DNA of 32,000 nucleotides, taken from Bacillus subtilis subsp. subtilis str. 168. Lineage in GTDB: Bacteria > Bacillota > Bacilli > Bacillales > Bacillaceae. The position numbers were made by a program, and so were the translations under genes. The stretch spans positions 1,260,001 to 1,292,000 of the forward strand of contig NC_000964.3 in assembly GCF_000009045.1 (NCBI RefSeq), in the 5' to 3' direction. Shown piece by piece: positions 25,591 to 32,000 of this stretch. The first letter of the stretch is position 1. Each line of letters begins with the position of its first letter. The notes beneath the pieces are model-generated. The model saw nothing but the letters and a program-made list of their open reading frames with translations, was not told the origin of the DNA and did not search any database.

Positions 25591-28548
25591 ATGGCTGGCA
25601 AGAAAACAATCACAATAAACGGCGTTGAAATGGAAGCGTCCGAGGAACAGACGGTGCTGCAGCTTTTGAATAACAGCTCGATTGAAGTGCCGCAAGTTTG
25701 CTATCATCCAAGCTTAGGGCCGATTGAGACATGTGATACGTGCATCGTCAGCATCAATGGTGAGCTGAAGAGGTCGTGCTCCGCTGAATTAAAGGATGGG
25801 GATGTCATTGATACGCTCTCACCTGACGTGAAAAAAGCGCAGGTCATCGGGATGGACAAGATTTTATATAATCATGAGCTTTATTGTACAGTTTGCGATT
25901 ACAACAATGGGGGATGCGAAATACATAATACGGTGAAGGAAATGAAAATCAATCACCAAAGCATTCCGTTTGATCACAAGCCATACCATAAGGATGAATC
26001 CCATCCGTTTTATCGGTATGATCCAGATCAATGTATATTGTGCGGACGCTGTGTTGAGGCATGCCAAGACGTTCAGGTAACTGAAACGCTGACCATTGAC
26101 TGGGAGCGGAAACGCCCGCGCGTCATTTGGGATAACGACGTGCCGATCAATGAGTCGTCATGTGTGTCATGCGGCCATTGTTCAACGGTCTGTCCGTGCA
26201 ACGCGATGATGGAAAAAGGAATGGAAGGGGAAGCCGGATATTTAACAGGCATCAATAACGAAACGCTGCGACCGATGATCGAGATCACGAAAGGCGTAGA
26301 GACAGGCTACGGCTCGATTCTCGCGATTTCTGATATGGAATCGGCCATGCGTGATGAACGAATCAAAAAAACGAAAACCGTCTGCACGTATTGCGGCGTC
26401 GGCTGCAGCTTTGATGTCTGGACAAAGGGCAGAGACATTCTGAAAGTAGAGCCGCAGGAGGAAGCGCCTGCCAACGGCATTTCTACTTGTGTGAAAGGCA
26501 AGTTCGGCTGGGATTTCGTTAACAGCGAAGAACGCCTGACAAAGCCGCTGATCCGTGAAGGCGATCATTTCCGTGAAGCAGAGTGGGAGGAGGCGTTATT
26601 GCTGATCGCCAGCAAGTTCACTGAATTAAAAGAGGCGTTTGGCCCGGATTCTCTCGCTTTTATTACATCTTCTAAATGTACAAATGAAGAATCCTATCTT
26701 ATGCAAAAGCTGGCCAGAGGGGTCATTGGCACAAATAATGTGGACAACTGCTCTCGCTATTGCCAATCTCCTGCGACTGCCGGCCTGTTCCGGACAGTCG
26801 GCTATGGCGGTGATTCAGGATCAATTACAGATATCGCGCAAGCGGACCTTGTTTTGATTATCGGTTCGAACACGTCTGAGTCGCATCCAGTCTTATCCAC
26901 TCGGATTAAACGGGCTCATAAGCTGAGAGGGCAGAAAGTGATCGTCGCGGATATCAGAAAGCACGAAATGGCAGAGCGCTCAGATTTATTTGTCCAGCCG
27001 CGTGCCGGATCGGATATCGTCTGGCTGAATGCGATCGCCAAATATTTAATAGAAAACGGCAAGGCCGATGAACGATTTTTGAGAGAAAGAGTGAACGGAC
27101 GGGATGAATATGTAAAAAGCCTCGCGCCGTACACACTTGAATATGCTGAGGAGAAAACCGGGATTGATCAAGAAACCCTTATCCAAATGGCAGAGATGAT
27201 CGGGCAAGCTGACAGTGTGTGCGCATTGTGGGCGATGGGCGTGACACAGCATATTGGAGGAAGCGACACGAGCACGGCGATCTCTAATCTGCTGCTTGTG
27301 ACAGGAAACTACGGAAAACCGGGAGCAGGTTCTTACCCATTGCGCGGCCATAACAACGTGCAGGGAGCAAGTGACTTTGGGAGTATGCCTGACAGACTAC
27401 CGGGCTATGAAAAAGTGACGGACGAACAAGTCCGCCAAAAATACGAGCGTGTGTGGGGTGTGCCGCTGCCGAAGGAGCCGGGTATGACCAACCACGAAAT
27501 GATTGAAAAAATCCATTCCGGACAGTTGAAAGCGATGTATGTAAAAGGTGAAGAAATGGGCCTTGTCGACTCCAATATCAATCATGTACACGCTGCATAT
27601 GAAAAGCTTGATTTCTTTGTGGTGCAGGACATTTTCCTTTCACGTACAGCGGAGTTTGCTGATGTGGTTCTTCCTGCGAGCCCGAGCCTTGAAAAAGAAG
27701 GAACGTTTACAAACACAGAACGCCGGATTCAGCGTTTGTATCAGGTATTTGAACCGCTGGGTGAATCAAAGCCGGATTGGCAGATTATTATGGAGGTTGC
27801 CAATAAGCTTGGCGCCGGCTGGCTCTATGAGCATCCTGCAGACATTATGGAGGAAGCAGCCAAGCTGTCGCCGATTTATGCCGGTGTCACCTATGAACGT
27901 CTTGAGGGCTATAATTCCCTGCAATGGCCTGTAAACGCTGATGGAAAGGATTCGCCTTTACTCTTTACAGAGCGCTTCCCTTTCCCAGACGGCAAGGCCA
28001 TTCTCTACCCTGTCCAGTGGACAGAGCCTAAGGAATTCGGTGAGGAATATGATATCCATGTCAACAATGGGCGGCTCTTGGAGCACTTCCACGAAGGGAA
28101 CCTGACTTACAAATCAAAAGGGATTTCGGAGAAAACACCGGAAGTGTTCTTAGAAATTTCTCCTGAGCTTGCGGCAGAACGAGGGATTCAGGACGGAACC
28201 CTCGTCAGACTCACATCGCCTTTCGGAAATGTCAAAGTGAAGTGCCTGATTACTGATCGAGTCAAAGGGAAGGAAGTATATCTGCCAATGAACGATTCAG
28301 GGGAAGCGGCGATCAACCTGTTAACAGGCAGCCATGCCGATAAGGATACCGATACGCCTGCTTACAAAGAAACATCGGCCAAGATGGAAATTTTGAAGCA
28401 CGACGGAATCAGCCCGCTGCCTAAGATCAACCACCGCAACGGCAATCCGCAGCCGCAAATCGGTGTGCAGGTTCATAAGAAATGGGCGCGGAAGGATTAT
28501 ATTTTCCCTGGTGACGCTGTGAAAAGGGGGATGGGCCATAATGGCTAA
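25591..28548 (+). CDS. yjgC: Formate dehydrogenase-like molybdopterin oxidoreductase with N-terminal Fe-S domains
   Basis: 985 aa; [2Fe-2S] ([15 protein letters not shown]), 4Fe-4S ([27 protein letters not shown]), [13 protein letters not shown], active-site [10 protein letters not shown]-terminal molydopterin-binding domain. Confidence 0.94.
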   Translation: MAGKKTITINGVEMEASEEQTVLQLLNNSSIEVPQVCYHPSLGPIETCDTCIVSINGELKRSCSAELKDGDVIDTLSPDVKKAQVIGMDKILYNHELYCTVCDYNNGGCEIHNTVKEMKINHQSIPFDHKPYHKDESHPFYRYDPDQCILCGRCVEACQDVQVTETLTIDWERKRPRVIWDNDVPINESSCVSCGHCSTVCPCNAMMEKGMEGEAGYLTGINNETLRPMIEITKGVETGYGSILAISDMESAMRDERIKKTKTVCTYCGVGCSFDVWTKGRDILKVEPQEEAPANGISTCVKGKFGWDFVNSEERLTKPLIREGDHFREAEWEEALLLIASKFTELKEAFGPDSLAFITSSKCTNEESYLMQKLARGVIGTNNVDNCSRYCQSPATAGLFRTVGYGGDSGSITDIAQADLVLIIGSNTSESHPVLSTRIKRAHKLRGQKVIVADIRKHEMAERSDLFVQPRAGSDIVWLNAIAKYLIENGKADERFLRERVNGRDEYVKSLAPYTLEYAEEKTGIDQETLIQMAEMIGQADSVCALWAMGVTQHIGGSDTSTAISNLLLVTGNYGKPGAGSYPLRGHNNVQGASDFGSMPDRLPGYEKVTDEQVRQKYERVWGVPLPKEPGMTNHEMIEKIHSGQLKAMYVKGEEMGLVDSNINHVHAAYEKLDFFVVQDIFLSRTAEFADVVLPASPSLEKEGTFTNTERRIQRLYQVFEPLGESKPDWQIIMEVANKLGAGWLYEHPADIMEEAAKLSPIYAGVTYERLEGYNSLQWPVNADGKDSPLLFTERFPFPDGKAILYPVQWTEPKEFGEEYDIHVNNGRLLEHFHEGNLTYKSKGISEKTPEVFLEISPELAAERGIQDGTLVRLTSPFGNVKVKCLITDRVKGKEVYLPMNDSGEAAINLLTGSHADKDTDTPAYKETSAKMEILKHDGISPLPKINHRNGNPQPQIGVQVHKKWARKDYIFPGDAVKRGMGHNG

Positions 28549-29101
28549 AGCGATTAAACGAATCCAAAAAATCGAGGTAACAGAAGAGGATCAGCGAAAG
28601 CGTGATTTGCGGGAAATTGAAGATGCTCTAATTGACCACAAAGAAGCGATTCTCGAAACATTGCATATGCTGGGCCATATGAACGAGCGCGGGGTCCTGC
28701 CGTTGCTCCGCGGCCTTTTTGGTCAAGGGGATAAAGTTCTTGATATCCTGGTGAAAAAGGCAGATACAGAGGAAACAGCCAATACGCTGAAAAATCTGCT
28801 TCTTCTGTTTGGAACACTCGGCATGCTGGACGTGAAGCAGCTGGAGCCTCTCATTTTGAAAGTGAATGCGGGTGTGGCAAGCGCTGTAGAGCAGAAAAAC
28901 AGTGAAGAAAAGACAGGTTATTTTGATATTATCCGCTCGCTAAAAGACCCGGAAATCAACAAATCAATTACACTGCTCTTTTCCTTTTTAAAAGGAATGG
29001 GACAAGATACAAAGGAGCTGGAACGCACGACGCAGCCTCCGGAACACCAAAAACATCATCAGGAACCCCGAGAGAAAAGAGGAATGAATAAGCGAGATTG
29101 A
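28541..29101 (+). CDS. yjgD: DUF1641 protein, overlaps yjgC
   Basis: 186 aa, 8-nt overlap with yjgC; [53 protein letters not shown]. Confidence 0.9.
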
Positions 29102-29108
29102 CCTCCCA

Positions 29109-29139
29109 CCCGAGCGGCTTCAGCCAGCTCGGGTTTTTT
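29109..29139 (+). terminator. Rho-independent terminator after yjgD
   Basis: CCCGAGC (29109-29115) / GCTCGGG (29127-29133) with inner GGCT/AGCC, then T6. Confidence 0.9.
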
Positions 29140-29297
29140 GATGAAAAGGTCTAATGGACTAGTAAAAAATATTCAAATACTAGGAAGAAGTAAGATTGTG
29201 ATGAATGAGATAGAAATAATCGTTACTTTCTTACCTGTTAAGAAAAGGGAAAATCTGATTATAATAGAAATCGATTACTTTAGATGGGGGAACAATC

Positions 29298-29939
29298 ATG
29301 AAAAAAGTCTTATTACTATTATTTGTCTTGACGATCGGGTTAGCGCTTTCTGCGTGCAGCCAATCGAGCGATGCGTCAGAGAAGGAAAAACCGAAAGAGA
29401 AAAAATCGCAAGAAGAGCTTGAAAAGGAACTTGATAAGGAATTGAAAAAAGGCGGTGAGCCGAAGACCAAAAAAGATGATCAAATACATAAAATAGGAGA
29501 AACATTTAAAGCAGGACATACGAATTTTACAGTGAATAAAGTTGATAGAGTGCAAAAAGGTGAATATATGAATGTTGGCGGAGCTGTAAATGAGGAGACA
29601 AAAACAATAAAAGATGATGAGGAACGGCTTATTATAGAAGTTACGATGGAAAATATAGGGGAAGATTCAATAAGCTACAATTTTATCGGGTTTGATTTAA
29701 GAGATAAGAATGATCAATCAGTGCGGCCTGTTTTTTCTATAGAAGAGAAGGGCAGAATCCTTATGGGAGGAACACTAGTATCGGGGAAAAAGGTTACAGG
29801 TGTACTCAGTTATGTCATCCCTAAAGGAGAACAGAAACATTACACACTGGTATATAATCCGTTTTTAGCTGATACAAATAGCAGTAATACAGAAGAGAGA
29901 GTAAAGGACGATATTGATTACTTGGTGAAGTTAGATTAG
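29298..29939 (+). CDS. yjhA: Lipoprotein, DUF4352-like
   Basis: 213 aa; lipobox LALSACSQ; C-terminal domain with EVTMENIGEDSISYNFIGFDLRDKND. Confidence 0.88.
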   Translation: MKKVLLLLFVLTIGLALSACSQSSDASEKEKPKEKKSQEELEKELDKELKKGGEPKTKKDDQIHKIGETFKAGHTNFTVNKVDRVQKGEYMNVGGAVNEETKTIKDDEERLIIEVTMENIGEDSISYNFIGFDLRDKNDQSVRPVFSIEEKGRILMGGTLVSGKKVTGVLSYVIPKGEQKHYTLVYNPFLADTNSSNTEERVKDDIDYLVKLD

Positions 29940-29954
29940 ATGCTAATTTACAGT

Positions 29955-29990
29955 TGCACGTTTTTCATCTGTGGAAAACGTGCATTTTTT
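29955..29990 (+). terminator. Rho-independent terminator after yjhA
   Basis: TGCACGTTTT / AAAACGTGCA then T6. Confidence 0.88.
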
Positions 29991-30017
29991 ATAGCGAAAC
30001 TTGACTTGAAAGGATGA

Positions 30018-30644
30018 GTGATAAAAGTGCAAACCAAATGGCTGGAACGGGCACAGCGGATTCGGGCGATCGCCCAAGCGGGGCTTGCTTTTTCCAAGGA
30101 TGTGTACGACAGGGAGAGGTACGAAGAGCTAATGAAGCTTAGCGCGGAAATGATGGCGGATTACTCGGAGAAGGACATTGAAGTTATCACTGATTTATGG
30201 CAAGGCGAGAAGGGCTATCCAACACCGAAAGCGGATGTTCGCGGCGCTGTATTCAGAGAGAATCAGATTTTGCTTGTCCGGGAGAAGCATGATGAGCTGT
30301 GGTCGCTGCCGGGCGGATTTTGCGAGATTGGTTTATCGCCGGCTGAAAACGTTGTCAAGGAAATCAAAGAAGAGTCGGGGTACGATACAGAGCCGTCTCG
30401 ATTGCTGGCCGTGCTAGACAGCCATAAACACTCTCATCCCCCTCAGCCTTATCACTATTATAAAATCTTCATCGCATGCAGCATGACGGACGGGCAGGGG
30501 GAAACAGGGATCGAGACGAATCATGCCGCTTTTTTTCCGGAAGACAGACTCCCGCCGCTTTCTCCTAAACGAAACACACCCTCACAGCTTAGCATGCTGT
30601 TTGACTTTTTGCGCCATCCGGACAAGAAAACGATATTTGACTAA
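30018..30644 (+). CDS. yjhB: NUDIX hydrolase with N-terminal Nudix_N-type domain
   Basis: 208 aa (GTG 30018; GTG 30027 also possible); Nudix box GGFCEIGLSPAENVVKEIKEESG. Confidence 0.9.
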   Translation: MIKVQTKWLERAQRIRAIAQAGLAFSKDVYDRERYEELMKLSAEMMADYSEKDIEVITDLWQGEKGYPTPKADVRGAVFRENQILLVREKHDELWSLPGGFCEIGLSPAENVVKEIKEESGYDTEPSRLLAVLDSHKHSHPPQPYHYYKIFIACSMTDGQGETGIETNHAAFFPEDRLPPLSPKRNTPSQLSMLFDFLRHPDKKTIFD

Positions 30645-30676
30645 AAAAGAAAGAGCCTGTGGGCTCTTTCTTTTTT
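30643..30676. terminator. Bidirectional terminator yjhB/yjiA
   Basis: AAAAAAGAAAGAGCC / GGCTCTTTCTTTTTT, loop TGTG. Confidence 0.9.
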
Positions 30677-30953
30677 ATAATGTAATGTGTTTTTCGTTGG
30701 CGAGTTTCAGAAGGGTCAAAATAGAATCGGCTTGTTTATGGCCGAGTTTTTGCTTTAATTTGTTTTCTTCAACTAATCGGCTGCCATAAATTTTGACGGA
30801 GGCTTTGTCGACGACAGTATGCCAGTTTTCCTGTTTTTTTCCCTCAACAAGCGGTTTTTCATGTCTCTCAGAAAAAGAGAACACAAAGAGTACGAATGCA
30901 AGTGAAAGTAGGATTCCGACAACTTGTTTTTTGTAATCAGTCTGTGCTGCCAC
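30675..30953 (-). CDS. yjiA: Small membrane/secreted protein of unknown function
   Basis: 92 aa, hydrophobic segment VVGILLSLAFVLFVFSF; gene order. Confidence 0.75.
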   Translation of the reverse strand: MAAQTDYKKQVVGILLSLAFVLFVFSFSERHEKPLVEGKKQENWHTVVDKASVKIYGSRLVEENKLKQKLGHKQADSILTLLKLANEKHITL

Positions 30954-31343
30954 GTTGTTCTCTCCTTCACCTTTTACCTTCTATTTAATCATAGAACCAA
31001 ATTATTTTACATAATGGGAAAGTCATTTTTGGAGTTAGTGCATTTGGTTGAAAACAGAGACGTTTTTTGAGCGGAGCGGTGCAATTGAATCCATATTGGA
31101 TTTGCGTGCTTATGCCTAAGGTCACGTTGTGAGCCAAAACAGCAGTGCAGAATAGAAAAAAATTGAAAGATTATGGTAAGATGAACGAAATTCGAGGGGG
31201 AATATATGATGCCTGCATCGAACATCGTGATCGCCTGCCTGCTGTTATCAATTTAATTATTTGTGGTAGTCCCTCTCTTTTTCGAAAGCGGGAGGTGAAG
31301 TGGAACATTAATTGCTGAATTCTTTCAAGGGGAGTGACCGTAC

Positions 31344-32000
31344 ATGAATGTGTTAAACCGCCGGCAAGCCTTGCAGCGAGCGCTGCTCAATGGGAAAAAC
31401 AAACAGGATGCGTATCATCCGTTTCCATGGTATGAATCGATGAGAAAGGATGCGCCTGTTTCCTTTGATGAAGAAAACCAAGTGTGGAGCGTTTTTCTTT
31501 ATGATGATGTCAAAAAAGTTGTTGGGGATAAAGAGTTGTTTTCCAGTTGCATGCCGCAGCAGACAAGCTCTATTGGAAATTCCATCATTAACATGGACCC
31601 GCCGAAGCATACAAAAATCCGTTCAGTCGTGAACAAAGCCTTTACTCCGCGCGTGATGAAGCAATGGGAACCGAGAATTCAAGAAATCACAGATGAACTG
31701 ATTCAAAAATTTCAGGGGCGCAGTGAGTTTGACCTTGTTCACGATTTTTCATACCCGCTTCCGGTTATTGTGATATCTGAGCTGCTGGGAGTGCCTTCAG
31801 CGCATATGGAACAGTTTAAAGCATGGTCTGATCTTCTGGTCAGTACACCGAAGGATAAAAGTGAAGAAGCTGAAAAAGCCTTTTTGGAAGAACGAGATAA
31901 GTGTGAGGAAGAACTGGCCGCGTTTTTTGCCGGCATCATAGAAGAAAAGCGAAACAAACCGGAACAGGATATTATTTCTATTTTAGTGGAAGCGGAAGAA
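31344..32000 (+). CDS. yjiB: Cytochrome P450 CYP109B1, N-terminal part (runs off window)
   Basis: Open frame to window end: MNVLNRRQALQRALLNGKNKQDAYHPFPWYESMRKDAPVSFDEE...MDPPKHTKIRSVVNKAFTPRVMKQW typical of class I bacterial P450s; RBS aaggggag. Confidence 0.93.
   Translation, partial: MNVLNRRQALQRALLNGKNKQDAYHPFPWYESMRKDAPVSFDEENQVWSVFLYDDVKKVVGDKELFSSCMPQQTSSIGNSIINMDPPKHTKIRSVVNKAFTPRVMKQWEPRIQEITDELIQKFQGRSEFDLVHDFSYPLPVIVISELLGVPSAHMEQFKAWSDLLVSTPKDKSEEAEKAFLEERDKCEEELAAFFAGIIEEKRNKPEQDIISILVEAEE

Noticed and set aside
29138-29422. 94-aa plus-strand ORF before yjhA
   Set aside because: Overlaps the lipoprotein yjhA in another frame; it begins within or just after the yjgD terminator and lacks a good RBS.
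1-32000. CRISPR arrays, transposases, or recognised restriction/retron/CBASS-type defence genes
   Set aside because: No direct-repeat/spacer pattern, no transposase-like ORF, no RT, nuclease, or cyclase signature seen in the six-frame translations.

Overview
The window is chromosomal DNA from Bacillus subtilis (168 or a very close relative). I base this on recognising the conserved order metC-yjcK-yjcL-tRNA-Val-yjcM ... manR-manP-manA-yjdF ... ctaO-cotT-pdaC ... yjgC-yjgD-yjhA-yjhB-yjiA-yjiB (CYP109B1). Most of it is ordinary, already catalogued core or accessory genome. The accessory part is about 2.86-8.1 kb. It begins at the 3' end of a tRNA-Val(GAC) gene and is AT-rich. It holds a possible integrase C-terminal remnant, a frameshifted secreted-peptide gene, a secreted Amidase_6-type protein (YjcM), a divergent small membrane/secreted protein (YjcN), and a PBSX/skin-like remnant: XtrA-like ORF, late-regulator-like protein, 2TM protein plus YjcQ, and a truncated terminase small subunit. 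Regulatory structures readable directly from the sequence include the yjdF (azaaromatic) riboswitch with a 10-bp closing stem and an 8-nt anti-Shine-Dalgarno, a ~20-nt motif shared between the manR and manP promoter regions, a consensus sigma-A promoter for the tRNA, a cre-like site upstream of manR, and several bidirectional terminators. I found no clear new multi-gene system. The best candidates for follow-up are the unexplained small genes in the prophage remnant and the frameshifted secreted peptide. All family and gene assignments come from memory of the sequences; no database search was run.
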